A stretch of 64,000 bases of DNA. Origin: Dicyema japonicum (taxonomy: Eukaryota; Animalia; Dicyemida). The stretch lies in the NCBI GenBank assembly GCA_011109175.1, contig RDEW01000016.1:236049-300048 (forward strand), in the 5' to 3' direction. The position numbers and the translations under genes are program-made. The notes under the pieces are model-generated. The model ran no database searches. It was not told the origin of the DNA and saw only the letters and a list, made by a program, of their open reading frames with translations. The stretch's first letter is position 1, and every line of letters begins with the position of its first letter. Of this stretch, positions 25,955 to 39,099 are shown piece by piece.

Positions 25955-26990
25955 TAAGTGAAGAAAGCATTCGACTCCGTGTCCCGGACGCTGCTTATAG
26001 AGAAAATTTCTAACACTCTTATAAATCCAAACATTAAAAGATGGCTGTCAAACTTTTTAAGTGGAAGAAGAGGACAAGTGATATCAGACAACAGAAAATC
26101 TAAATCCCGTTTATTGCCGAATGGTGTCCCTCAAGGTTCACATCTCTCTCCCCTGTCTTCAACCTTACACCAATGACTTTCCCACCAATGACAATCCCGA
26201 TACATTAATACTCTCATACGCAGATTACATTGTTCTTTCGACGAGAAACTCTATCTATGAGATGGCAGGGATAAAACTTCAAAGTTATATTGGTATGTTA
26301 AAACATTGGCTCACATCAAATCGACTGGAAGTTTCTACAGGAAAGTCGTTTATAACAATTTTCTCTACATATAGAAGATCATTATACTCTCCCAAAATCA
26401 AATTGTTTGGATATAAAATTCCTATGAATAAGTCTCTAACAATACTAGGATTAAAGTTGGATACTCTCCTGACATTCGGCCAACACGTCAATGACGTAAT
26501 TACCAAAGTCAGGAGGAGGACCAACATATTGAAAATTTTGTCCCGATCACCAATCGGGCACAACATTTTCTTACTACAGAAAATTTACAGACAATACATA
26601 CTGCCAGTAATCGAATATGCTTGTCCCTCCTGGAGCTCGATGATTTCTGAATCGTCGTCTCAAAAATTAGAAGCCGCACAACTTGCTGCCTTGAAAATAA
26701 TAAATAAGAAAACTGTGGATAACGTATTGAATGTTAAAGAACACCTAAGGTGGAGAGTGAAGTCATTTCTACAGTGGGCAATAAAAGCCGGTTGTCCGCT
26801 TTCACTCTCTATATCTGACTATCTAGAAAATGCGGGAAATCTATGGAGAATGAGACCGTCCTCGTTTCTACCAATTCTGTTGGATCTTCGAAAACCCCGA
26901 ACGAGAGCCAGAACCCGGAAAACCGTGATCACTTAGTTAGTAGTTAACTTTTTCTAATTCGGTGATCTTGGGGTAAAGAAAAAAAAGAAG
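25955..26990 (+). mobile_element. Ingi/Vingi-like LINE, RT and 3' end
   Basis: KAFDSV, GVPQGS, SYAD, ILGLKLD..LTF, YRQYILPVIEYACPSW; ends VIT* with the family 3' UTR. Confidence 0.9.
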
Positions 26991-28039
26991 CGAATTTCTA
27001 ACTAAAATTATATTGTCATATAACGTGACGAATCCGCAATCAAAGAATATTATATTATTGAATCTACATTTCAACACAATTTGATGATGCGATATGAGCA
27101 GAGTCAATTTCTTACATTTCGCAAAATATATCAGTTTGGAAGTGCAACACTTCCAATAAAAGAAATCAGATATCTTCTTCCTGTGCCTCATCGAAGATCA
27201 AAAAACACATGGCAACGGGGATGAAGAGAACCTGCTCAGTCTCACCTACATCATGAAAGTCCAACTTTTAGAGAAATTGAAATGATTTCCTTTTTCTTCC
27301 AGTTGTTTCATCATAACACTTCAGAAAACAAGGTGGCCCTCTATAAACGTAGTTTAATGTTTGCTTTGATAAAAGCAGGAAAAGGGGATTTATGTGCGTT
27401 CAGCATATCCCGACGTTTAAATGTCCCTTTAAGTTGTTATTTTTTGTTAGTAAAACTGATTCCACTAGTTGTTCTCATATTTCGAAGTGTTTAGAGTTAG
27501 GCCGAAGGTTGGAGATTAAATTTCTCAGATAATCCGAGACATTCTTTTGTTACCAATAGTGCAATTATCAAAATAACACACGTTCAAAGATGTAGAACAA
27601 CATACTTTTTTATTCCGAAACAAAGCTGGGTCTAATGAGTCCCCTTGTTCAGAAGACGAAGGAAGCCGTGGGTAAAGCATAACTGTTTTCCATAAGAGCA
27701 ATGTACACAGTTGTTACTGAGAGGCAAATACGATCCTTAAGAATTCATTGGAATACTTAAAAATAAATAAATTTGTACGTTATTCTGTCGCATCAAATAC
27801 ACCAACATTAACATATGTTGACTATAACTTGGTCAATAGTTCATTTTGATAGATTTCTTAAAGCATTTTTCAATTAAATTCCAGCTCCATCAAAGTCACA
27901 ATTATTTTTTCACTTTAATAATTTTTTACAATAATCAGCAACTTTAGACAAATACTTCAGATTATGGGCTTTTAGGAGTAAATGTAAATTTTAAAAATGT
28001 ATTTAAATTTGTAAAAAATTTTAATTTAAAGTAAGCTAG

Positions 28040-28965
28040 ACGTGTTGGTTTTGCAGTGTTTTCGAGGTCCCGTCTTTTACCAAATAATGTCCTCAAGGAT
28101 CGCCCCTCTCTCCGGCGTTATTCAACTTATTCCTTAACGATTTACACTGCCCTGGAGGACCACTTATGCTGACGACCTAATTATCGCAAGCAGGAACAAA
28201 TACGTGGGTACAGCAAAATCAAAGCTTCTGTCACATATTGACGACCTGGGAGCCTGGTTGAAGTTGAATCGTCTCTTCATATCCAGGGATAAATCAACGT
28301 ATACAATCTTCACCACTGACAGAAAAGAAAAACATACACTGGATTTGAACATTTATGGAGACTCCTTACCATTACAGATTCGTCCAACTATCCTGGGAAT
28401 GACATTTGACCCTTTGATGACATTTTCTCAACATGTGAAGAACGTTATGACAAAGGGTCTTAGGAAACTAAATATAATCAAGCCGCTCTTAAAGTCCATG
28501 CCGTCACGGGAATGCGCTGTCGTTTTGTTCAATCAACTTCTTAAACCGACGGTAGAGTATGCTTGTGCCTCATGGGCCTATGGAGCTTCAATATCCAATT
28601 CATTCGAGATCAATTACCTAACAGGCAAACTGGCACGTCTAACAAATCTACCCCCGATCTTTTCCTCCCAATGCTTGACCACGCCGCAATCAAAAATAAT
28701 GGCTCCGGCTTCATCGGTCTGTGTGGCCAAGAAACAAGTTTTTTCTTCCATTCAAGGCTAGAAGCCTCAAATACACGAAATTTGAGGAAAAAACCCACCC
28801 CTCTTAAACTCTAATGAAAGATGATCGTCGTCTATTCAGTAAAGCCGTGAGTACTCTGGAGGAACATAGTAAAAACCTCTTGATTTTGTTGAGGCGTACC
28901 GGGATCACTTAATTAGTTTGTTTATTCCTTCTTTCTTGGTGTTTCCTTTTCGGAGTTAAATTAAA
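28040..28965 (+). mobile_element. Ingi/Vingi-like LINE, RT and 3' end
   Basis: VPQGSPLSPALFN, YADD, ILGMTFD, VEYACASW; ends gggatcacttaa. Confidence 0.9.
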
Positions 28966-29169
28966 TTAATTAAATTGCAGTGTTTCAGTGGATATCGACG
29001 AGATGATTCAACTAACGTTCTATCAATATATCAACTCTTAGTTCTGACTAGGGACTTATGGTCGGCCTATTCTCTTCACATGGACTTTACATGGACATTA
29101 TTTTGTTGACCTAGTGGCTAATTGGCAAAAGGTCGAGGTAGTTTCCTACCTGTTGATCTAAATGTGTGA

Positions 29170-29600
29170 ATCTTTCATCACTTATGAAAGTTATAATTTC
29201 CCCATTTGTTTCTGGCATGATCTCCACCCTTTGAGACGTCGAAAATTGAAATTTTAAAGGGAGGAGTGGGGAAAGTTAGTAGTCCAATGCAATCATCGAC
29301 ATAATCCTTGAATCCTCTCCAATTCGCAAGGCTGTAATTAGTTATCGTTGGACATTGTCCTTTTATCCGTGACCTCGTTTTGACCTCCAAAAATTTTTTG
29401 GATTGTGATCACTCCTGGTGTCATATTTCACTGACCAGTCAATAAGAGGGGCCAAGGACGGTGATGACATTGAGATGTCGATAGAAGAAAATTTATCGTT
29501 ACGTCGAGTAGGTGTTCGTGTATGGGATGCAAGATCGTTATACATAGGCTGTGGAGGTCCTCAATTATCATCTTCCTCTATTGTCGTAGGTTTGTCCTGT
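29170..29600 (-). mobile_element. LINE APE endonuclease fragment
   Basis: PTRR...SSIDISM...WSV...SDHNP...NYSLANW. Confidence 0.75.
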
Positions 29601-29737
29601 CAGCCATAGTAGGTGCTTCGCATTGAATCCCAGAAATATCTAACCAAAATTCAATAATTATTATAATGATTATATATAATTTAATATAATAATTTAAATT
29701 ATTCCGACATATAAAATGAGTTGATATTAGAATTTCA

Positions 29738-32048
29738 ATGACTGAAGGGATCTTAATAATAACAATTTTATATACAACAGCAATAATTGTATTTGGCCAT
29801 GGAATTATTCTCCGAAAGACCAGTGTCCCCAAAATTTCAGAGCCTCAGCCATGCCCGACCAAGGCGGTTTACAAAAAAGCAATCATTTTAATCATCGATG
29901 CTTGGAGAGAAGACTCAGTGATCAACTCATCCCTCCAATTCTCAAGTAACCTAAATTACCACAAAAACAAATTTGATGCAATTTCTGACCTAATTACAAA
30001 CAGACCCAAGAATTCAAGGTTATTTTCCATGAAGACTGAGTTTCCGTCCATTACTCAAAAATGCATTGCCACGATCACCAGTGGGTCCGTCCAGAGCTAC
30101 TCCTCTGTTGGGGACCGGCTTGGAGAGAAAATAATATCAGACGACAATATAATCGATCAGGCTATTAAATCAAAGTCTATTGCTGTCATGGGGAATACAG
30201 ATTGGGGGGTTATGTTTCAGAATCACTTTGTCGAGTCTCACTTTCAGGACGACGATATGACTGTCTATGAAAAAATCATCCCAGCCATGAGAAATGAGAC
30301 AATCGATATTGTCATCGCCCACCTGCTTGAATTTGATAGCTTCTGTCACGGTCGCACACTGAACAATTTTAACGTAGGACTTGCTCTGGTAAAGTTTAAT
30401 CACCTCATAAAGTGGTCCAGTATTCATACTTAGAACAATTATCCACCACATGGACGAGAGTTCAATCCTCTTTGTGATGGGGGACCACTCGGCCACTGTC
30501 GATGGGACACATTCCTCCGATCAATTTGAGAGTCGCCAGTCTGCCATGTTTGTATATTCCTCAAGTGAGCTTATTGGACTTCAAAAAACAGTAATTTGTG
30601 TTAATACCAGAAATATGTGAGACAAATTGATTTTGCCTCAACATTGTCTCATTTACTTGGGATTCCGACTCCTTTTATGAATTTGGGATTTCCAATCGAG
30701 GACCTTCTCCCCAACCACTTCGAAACCACCTGTCCCGGCGTCTATGTTGTATAGTAAATTTATTGGCAGAAATCAAAGATCGATATATTCAGAGAGAACA
30801 GTATTGGGGTACAAAACTACATAAACTCACTCTTCAAACTCTCAGGGATATCCGCGGAATCCAAACGATTGATCTCCCAAAAGTTTATTTTGGCGGAATT
30901 AGAAAATTCTAATAACAATTTCTCAGCGGCTATGCTTTACAAACACCACGTGGGCTTAGCAGCGCGATTGTTGAGGGAAATGAACCGATTCGAATACCAT
31001 CTGATATTCATCGGGATTGTTGGGTTCCTTCTCACGATATTCTGCCACGTTTTTTATTTCTTGGGGACAAATGACCTAATCTTGGACTACAAACACAGAA
31101 TTGCTGTCCTGATGTTTTGTATTTATAACTTTCCCTCCAGTTAGTGTACAAGTACATCATAAATGAATTTTTGTGCGTTACTATTGCCATTATTGTACTC
31201 ATTTGGGTGATTGACTGTTCATGGTCCAAAATATTTATGAAATTTGCAAAAACTGGGTTAATTGTGGTTTTATGGACTCTCCACTCTGTGAAACCTATGA
31301 TTCCGTTCAGTTTTGTATTTTTAATCTGTTGTGTGCTGTTTATGGTTGAAACTCTGTTTTTGCTCAAACCCCAGTATTGTCTGATTTCAAAGTTTTACTG
31401 CTGCATATTCCTTTCCGTCATCAATTTTTACCTTCAGTCGCGAATGTTTAGCCTATTTGCTCTCACTCTGTGGTTTACCAACATGGGTGTTACTTTCCTT
31501 AAAAAATCCCCGCGGTTAACATTTCCTAAAATCACTTTGAAAATCCTATTTTTCTGGAGAATTTGGTGCTTTTTTTCATAATTTACAACCCGAATTACGT
31601 CATCAGTTTGTCTGCAATGATTCCTTTGGCATACCACGTGTCTCAACAAAAAAGTATATTGGTGGAAATGTTTGTTCTCCAGTCAGTTTCAATTTTCTTC
31701 TTTTTGTCGTCGAATCCCGTTAAAATATGGAACTTTGGTCCTCTATGGTTAGGAACAGTTAAAGGTATGTGGTCCCTTCTCATCATAGACATCATTCGTG
31801 TTCTTCTACAGAGTTCTGTTGGGATAACCATATTCGCTGGGTTTGTTGGGTCTTCTAAGAAAGCTGCTTCGCGTAGGTTACTGTTTCTTTTGCTTTTGGC
31901 GTTCAGAGTATGTACTTTTGTTATGGATAAGGTAGTGGGGACTATGGTAGCTTTGTACTGGAAGAGGTTTGACATCGTGTGCTCTAGTGTGTGGATTCCG
32001 AGATTTGTCAATGAGGCGGGGTCTTTTCTCTCTCTTTTATGGGTTTAA
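29738..32048 (+). CDS. GPI ethanolamine-phosphate transferase (PIGO/PIGG family), multi-exon
   Basis: N-terminal TM segment; IIDAWRED, FPSIT, HLLEFDSFCH, VMGDH, RQIDFASTLSHLLGIPTPFMNLG after removing 20-22-nt introns (e.g. 30591-30610); multi-TM C-terminal half ending VWIPRFVNEA. Confidence 0.85.
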
Positions 32049-32549
32049 TTTTGTTGTAATATGATCTTACTTGAATGATATTGTTTATTCTCTCATAATG
32101 AGCTAGTAATTTATTCTCACAGAAGATGAGACCTCCAACATTACACACAAGAACATCCTGAGTCAGAAAAATGAGAACTGGAACCCTCCAGTGGAGTGGT
32201 GAAGACCAAATGATATTTTAGAGCTACCCTGGGAGCTAGCTGAGAAAAGTACATCACAAAACGCCATTCTAGTGAAACAAGAAAAGAGAAGGAACCGAGG
32301 AAATGAAGATAAATTTTCGACGTGCAAAAAGTAGGGGAGTCGATCCCAGGATAAACAATATCCATTTACTGGAGAATACAACTCTTCTATGCTTTTTGCA
32401 AAAGAAAACGATTGGTCTAAAAGTTGCCTTCTCCAATCGGATTGCTCTGCAGGAATAAGAGAAGGCACTTTCATATGGTAGTGGGGACAATGGAAGACCA
32501 CAGGCTTTGGATGGCTAAGTTGATTTAGGGAATTGGGATTACCTAACTA

Positions 32550-34194
32550 TTCGACGTTATTTATGATTTTCTTTCTGGGTGATTCAGGGGTTATAAATAA
32601 ATAATATTCTTCCCTCCTTGATGGGAAATCTGGAGTAGATATGTCGAGAGCTTTATTTATTAACCATCGGTCCCTTCAAATAAAGAAAACCAGTGGGTAA
32701 CATGAAAGTAACAATTAAAAAAGGACTCTTTCAGTGGTGAAACAACTGGGTATTATGCGCTGGGGAAATTGAAAAAAAATTAGAACAAGAGAAAATATGG
32801 AAGAAAACGGACTGAGACGAATTCCATAGTCAGATTTGTTCATATAGTTATGTCAAGGTATATGGCGACCTCTGTGAAAATATACCAAGCTGATGAGAAC
32901 TCGCTGGAAACAGAGAACTTCTGCTTCTGTCAATTCTGCGGAGACTCTTCAGAAAGTTGTTGATACAAAGGTTATTGATAGAGGTCAGAGAATTACGTCC
33001 CGATTATGTTTTAACTAAGGTATAGACAAATTAAGAGAAGAGAATTTCATATTTTTCCTTTTTAACGTTTTTTTAGCATTGAGATAAGTTCGTTGATTGT
33101 CTTGTGGACAGTCCCCTAATAGTGTTTATTCGAAAGATATGGATGTGAAGTTATTTGCTCATTCGACAGGAGAAGACACTTATGTGTGTTTAGTAATTAT
33201 TTAGAAGCGTTCCAAAGAAGGCGACGGAAAGAGCCTTATTTATCGATTTTATGGCAAGACATCAATGTTGGTGTTGGTCCAATTTCAGTTTGGTCAATTT
33301 GATTGTAAAAACAGATCTTGTTTCTCAAAGTTTTATGGCGTTTAAAAGTTCACACGTGTTCAAAAATATTGAGCCTCCCAGAGAGTTCAGCATGAGATCC
33401 GAAAAGTAGTTGAGAATTTAGCTTATGAGACCTGCCTTTCGCATGAAAAGAGAGTTAGAGGAAGAACTGATAAAAATTAATCATAAAGCTCATTTAATGT
33501 CATAAAGAGGTACATTAAGTTTTCTTTTATTTTACATCTTCTCCTTGTAGATGATTTTCAAGAAATTTAAGTCCATAGAGCAAGGGAGAGTTCTGAAGAT
33601 TTTGTAGGAAGAAAAAAAATAAGTCAAGAAATGCCATGTTATCGGAGAACCGTTGTTGAGACTTCATTTTTCTGAGACATTTGAGATTTCATGTGAGATA
33701 AAAAAAGAGCGGAGGAATTTGCGAATTCAGTAAGTAAAGTGGGATATCGCTAAAGGAGAATCTCATTAATGTTTTGCATTTGGCAAAGTTTAGATTTAAT
33801 TCTTACAAAAATATTAGAAAAAAAGTTCCCTCCAAAACATTTCAAAAATTTATCAGGATTTTTCAAAGCAGTATCCAAAAGTTCTAATTTTAAAATCATA
33901 GAATTTTAGAAAATCGACAATATTGATTAAGGTGGAGATATTTTAAACAAGTCAGAGATTAGGTAATATGTTAAGAAAGGGAAGATAAACACTTACTAAG
34001 AAAACAATGATAATTTACTTTGCCTCATTAACAAGTAGGAGGGGTCGGTAATCCTCTGGATATTTTAAAGACAGTGGAAATTTCAATACTGAAAATTCTC
34101 TTCAAGAAGATATAGCTTTGCCTAGGTGGGTAATCCAGGTGTCCGAATTAGTCGGACAGAAGTAATAATAATTGGCGAGTAAGAGAGTTTACTG
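32550..34194 (-). mobile_element. Highly decayed Tigger/pogo-like element
   Basis: Terminus gagagtttactg followed by TA with subterminal repeats; faint FFP..T..PL motif remnant near 32730-32780. Confidence 0.45.
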
Positions 34195-34534
34195 TATTTA
34201 TATCCAAATACAATTAGTCTTTAATCTGGTTTTATCCTGAGTGATGTTAAGCGCCCGATGGAATGATGATTTTTCCATTCGCTAATATTCGAAACTCGAT
34301 ATGGGTCGCTACGTGTGCTGTCACGTACTCTTCGATAAACTTGGCTGTTTCAGAGTCAGATCTAGGCTAAGGTTATAACCAAGTCAAGGATCAAAAGAGA
34401 AGGAAGTACTGAAGCATTTCGGAGGATCATTTGATTTTGAGACGTCAAGAATCCTTGGCCCACAAGCGGACGACCTAGTTGTTGGATCGGCTAAATGATC
34501 CAAGGTTACCTAGGAGTAATGTGAAACTGGATAA

Positions 34535-34668
34535 TGATCGAAAGTGTCACCAAGGGTCTACGTGACTCAATGATCCAAGGTGTCTACGTGAGACAACTCA
34601 ATGATCCAAAAGGTGTCCAAGGATCTATACGTGAGACAACTCAATGATCCAAAAGGTGTCCAAGGATC
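34535..34668. repeat. Short tandem repeat, about 43 bp, 2 full plus partial units
   Basis: tacgtgagacaactcaatgatccaaaaggtgtccaaggatc repeated. Confidence 0.9.
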
Positions 34669-35169
34669 GTATCTCTATAGCTATTGTCAGAGGAAATAGC
34701 GCACCCATTCAAGCAGCTTAGATTGAAATTAATTGTAATACTAATTTGCATTGAAAATAAAAATCGATTGTAATAAAAAAAACCAAACTAACCTGAAAGA
34801 TAAGAAAACCAAATTAATGAGGAATATTCGGATCGATTCCTAAAATAAATAAAAGTCAAACATAATCTAGGTTTCCCCCCATATTGATTAACCTATTAAT
34901 GAATGATATAGCATTATATATCGCCTCTTCGTATGAGTCCTGTGGAATCAAAATAGACTCCAAATCGAAAACACGAGGCCGTCTTATTGTCCTCCTATTT
35001 TGATTATTTTTATAATTTATTGGAGGTTTTACCTGAATTTGTTAACACAACAAAACAACCATTTTATTGGAATTATAATTTTCGCTCTATTATATGCAGA
35101 ATTATGTGATAATCTAATTTATCAGGAAATTACTGATAGTGGTTAGATATCACACTTATGCCAATTGCT

Positions 35170-36722
35170 TCATGTGATTTATTCGACTCAGGAATGCCTA
35201 ACTTTATTGCAGTTTCCTGGATTGCGGGTAGTTTGATTGACGAGGAGTGTGAAATCTACATTGGCTATGAAGGACTTGAATACGTCATCGTGGGTCGGAT
35301 AAATTGTTCATAAACTGACAAGACTCCCAGTTTATTCTTTGACTGTTTTTGAGATCACTTTTGGGATTCTCATTTTATTCAGATCAGAATTTACTTTGTT
35401 TTCAACATGTCGAAAATGAGAGTCCCTGATCATTGGTGACCTTCAGAATTCTTGGTGTTTTGTTAATAGGAATAGCCTCGTTCTTCATAAGGATATTTGG
35501 ATCGACACAGAGCTGTCTTTTGTACGTGGTAAACAGGGTTACAGAGGACTTTGTAGCTGATGTGTCAATCTTTCGATTCTCGAGCCACAGTTCCAGATTT
35601 TTAAACATTTGTTGGTCGACTGAGTAGCTGAATGAATGCACTTGTCCTTGGAGGCAAGAATGATATCGTCGCTGTAAGAGAGGATTAGAAAGTTCTCATT
35701 ACAAGTTTGTGGCATGTCGTTTATGTAAATGTGAGTGGTGAGCCTTGAGGGACCCCATTTGGAAGGTAGCGAGATCTTGATTTGATGTTGTTGCAGAGTA
35801 CTTGAGCTTCAAGTTCAGGTGGATGTTCGTTTCAAATATCTTCTTTTTAAGGAGTTTCCTGGGGACTGTCTCGAACCTTTTGTTATGTCCACAGATATAA
35901 ATACTGTCATTTGATGGGGTTTGGGGAAGTTAAAACCTTCCGCAATGAATTACGTAAGGGTTTTGATCGATGGTTCCCGGAATCCGTGTTGGGTCGACGT
36001 ATTGAGATTGAATCTTGTACAGAAAAAGCCTTTTGAGGATCCTTGAGACCGGACTCAAAATAGATATTGGGATAGGATATTGGTTCATTATTGGTTATGT
36101 TTTTTGAATAAGTTTTATTAAGAGATTATGAAGGTCTTCAATAATCATCTTTCTCCTTTTGTCATGGGCTAGTCTTGTCAACCACAATGGGTGCTTCGCA
36201 TTTAAGCCATTACAGAAAATCCCATTTTTCAGTAAGGTGAGAGAATCTGGGAGCATAGGAGGAGCAGGAACTCAAAGGCGGGAGATGTGCGTTGAAAAAT
36301 GTTACTGAAAGTCTTAGGAATCGGACTTTGGTAGCCACAAGTTCGAGATTTCCATAGTCGTGAAGCATACTGTGGACATTGTCAGTTATAACCTCAAACG
36401 GAATTCCGTTTCGAATTACTATGAGAAGGTCTCCACCAGGTTTCCCAGATCTGTGACGACGAATGAATCTCGGGAATCTTGGTGTTGCATTTTGGGGAAA
36501 GTTTGTTTCTTGAATTAAGAACATGTCGAGGCGGTGTTCTTTCAAATACCTCCCAAGTTCAAGTATATTGTTCTTGATTCCATTTATTTTGAGTTGAACT
36601 ATTCTGGCTGGTCCAGGTTTCCCTCAACATCTCTACATCGACATAGTCTTCCTTGTTGATCCATCCTGTAAGGATAAAATGTAGCTTTTTTCTTCCAATT
36701 GGAACCACATCGTCGGCATACT
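35170..36722 (-). mobile_element. Internally deleted Ingi/Vingi-like LINE (leader, degenerate 2A, APE, RT)
   Basis: DVE.N(P)GP across a 1-nt shift, FLIQET, PISILSPVSRILKRL, QHGFR, GVPQGS, SYSDD. Confidence 0.85.
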
Positions 36723-36880
36723 TTTATTAATTTAATTCAAGACCACGGTAAAACCAAACTAATTATCACTTGATCCCGATGCATTCTAACAGAGACCTCA
36801 TCTTTGCCCGGCTTTCTTTCTTCGTACCCGCGCATGAACGTACAGGACGGTGGCTGAATGTTCAGGGCCACTTTCCTTAA
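36723..36880 (-). mobile_element. Short LINE 3' end abutting the 5' end of the previous element
   Basis: RPVRSCAGTK..SRAKMRSLLECIGIK* followed by ttagtttggttttaccgtggtcttg. Confidence 0.8.
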
Positions 36881-37025
36881 AAAAAAACAGCATCTAAAAT
36901 CCTTAGTTAGTTTTAAAATTTGTTTATCATTGTCATTTTATTAAATTTATTTAAGTTAGATTAATTAATTGAAAAGATTAATTTTGAGACTATTTAAATT
37001 TAAAATCAACCGCCACAATTTGATT

Positions 37026-37718
37026 ATGAAAAGTAGAGTTTGTGGGTTTCTCGTTGTTTTGGAAGGAATAGACAAAGTTGGAAAATCAACTCAATGTCGA
37101 CTATTGTCTGAATCTTTAATTAAATTGGGAATAAATACTTTGCTAATGTCATTTCCTGGTTTTCATTTAACTAATAAAGCTCGGGACACCCATATTGGTT
37201 CAATAATAAACAAGTACCTCAAGAAGGAGATAGAATTAGACGATAGAGCCATTCATCTCCTTTTTTCAGCGAATCGATGGGAACTAATGTACCCGAATCT
37301 TAATGTTTTAGTGAGAAAATCCAGTCTGCTTTGTCAGCAGGTACAGTGGTGATTCTTGATCGTTATTACTATTCTGGAGTGTCTTATTCCGTGACGAAGG
37401 GACTTTCTGTGGAATGGTGTAGGTCCCCAGACCAGGGACTGCCAGAACCTGACCTTGTATTCTTCCTAGAGAAGACTTGTCCTGCTTTGAACTGTAATCG
37501 TGAGAGATATGAAAATGAGGAAATGCAAAGCAAGGTCACCTCCACCTTCAAACAGCTGTATTCTGAGAGAATGAATGTTGTGTGGTTGATGACTGTAGTT
37601 TGTTAATGTGAGAGATGATATGATGGATACACATGGGGTACTCTTAGACTCTGTGTTGCAGTTGGTTAAGATGAAGAATGGGCATATTATGCATGATATT
37701 GGTAATTTTACTGTTTAA
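37026..37718 (+). CDS. DTYMK: Thymidylate kinase (4 exons; introns 37159-37179, 37289-37311, 37577-37598)
   Basis: P-loop EGIDKVGKSTQ, FP.R.T.IG, HLLFSANRWE, ILDRYYYSGVSYS, GLPEPDLVFFL, ERYE; the spliced frame is open to a TAA. Confidence 0.95.
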
Positions 37719-37819
37719 TTTATTTGTTTTCGTTTATTAATGTGATCATAGTGATTAGGGTAATTATGATGTAATGGTTGCTGCACGTGGGAGATGTGCT
37801 CTTGTAGTTAAATTGTATT

Positions 37820-38230
37820 GATTTTTTATTATATTTGCAAAATTACAAGAAAGTTATTTCTTCGTCGCCTCTGAACACTGTATTGATACCATTTTTATAT
37901 AGTTATTAGTTATTCTGTATACTTTTTTTTAACTTTTGTCATTTTTTTCATTTTTTTATTATTATTTTGCAAATATTACAAGAAAGTTATTTTTTTATTT
38001 TTGTCATTTTTTTTATTATTATTTTGCAAAATTACAAGAAAGTTATTTCTTCGTCGCCTCTGAACACCGTGGACCATTCTAGACAGTGCTGTTCTATTAT
38101 TGCTTCAATATTGATTGCAATATATAACTAGAGTAGGCCAAGTAAATTTAATATTTATTGATACCATTTTTTATATAGTTATTAGTTATTCTGTATACTT
38201 TTTTTTTAACTTTTGTCATTTTTTTTTATT
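37820..38230. repeat. Complex local duplication of AT-rich blocks
   Basis: gcaaaattacaagaaagttatttcttcgtcgcctctgaacac and tattgataccatttt..atagttattagttattctgtatac each occur twice. Confidence 0.85.
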
Positions 38231-38234
38231 TTCT

Positions 38235-38360
38235 AACAATAAATATTATTTATTAACTATGGGAAGAGCGGCTGCTGACATTACGGAGTAAGGCGTTTCC
38301 GCGGACAACTGCAATCCCATTCGTTGCCTCAGCCAGGCCGCTTCTCGCACGTCTTCTTAT
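38235..38360 (-). mobile_element. CRE-like 3' end (second subfamily)
   Basis: GIAVVRGNA; reverse complement of 12410-12530. Confidence 0.75.
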
Positions 38361-38479
38361 ATACTTGGTTAATAATTGTCGTATGTGATAGCGTCTGGGC
38401 TGTTGATACTGTCCGGGTTGATAAGACAAATTTATCACTTGAAAACATTAACAACCACTAAGTTTGCTTCGAAAGATCT

Positions 38480-38720
38480 GTCCCTTGTTCCCTCAAAAAA
38501 CAAAAAATTTATTTTGAGTCAATAAAGCGATTAACGAGAAAAGGGTCGAAAATAGAAGAGGCGAAGGATCGTCCCTTGTTCACTCAAAAACAAAAAATTT
38601 TATTTTGAGTCAATAAAGCGATTAAGCAAAAAAAGGGTCGAAAATAGAAGAGGTCGAAGGATCGGTCCCTTGTTCACTCAAAAAACAAAAAATTTTATTT
38701 TGAGTCAATAAAGCGATTAG
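38480..38720. repeat. Subterminal tandem repeat, about 90 bp x3
   Basis: tcccttgttc.ctcaaaaa(a)caaaaaatttt(a)ttttgagtcaataaagcgatta repeated three times. Confidence 0.9.
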
Positions 38721-39099
38721 CGTGAAAATGGTATTTGAATGTTATATATATTTTTTTTAATATTTTTAATTTCTTTTTAAAATTTTAAAATTTCCTGCTT
38801 CATTTTAATTTTGTTATGCCTTCTACATTCAGCATTAATACACCTAATGAATTAAAGAAAATTATGAATTATCTCGAATATAACAGTGTCCTGATGGATT
38901 TAATGAAAATCAAAGCGGACATTACGCAAAAGATGTTAGAATTTAAAAACTGTTAAATGGAGAATTATTTGTGGATCTAATGAAAATCTTCGTACTGTTA
39001 TTTGTTCATTTCAAGAAGCAAAAATTAATTCATTTTCGCTAAGGAACATTCTATTGACATCCTGGTGTTTCCAAGATGTGCAAATTAATTTTGCGAAAA

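Noticed and set aside
27631-27662. ctaatgagtcc...gacgaag as a Penelope-type hammerhead
   Set aside because: Two core mismatches and no supporting helices or Penelope ORF.
32890-32912. ctgatgag...gaaac hammerhead-like string
   Set aside because: Stem II cannot pair.
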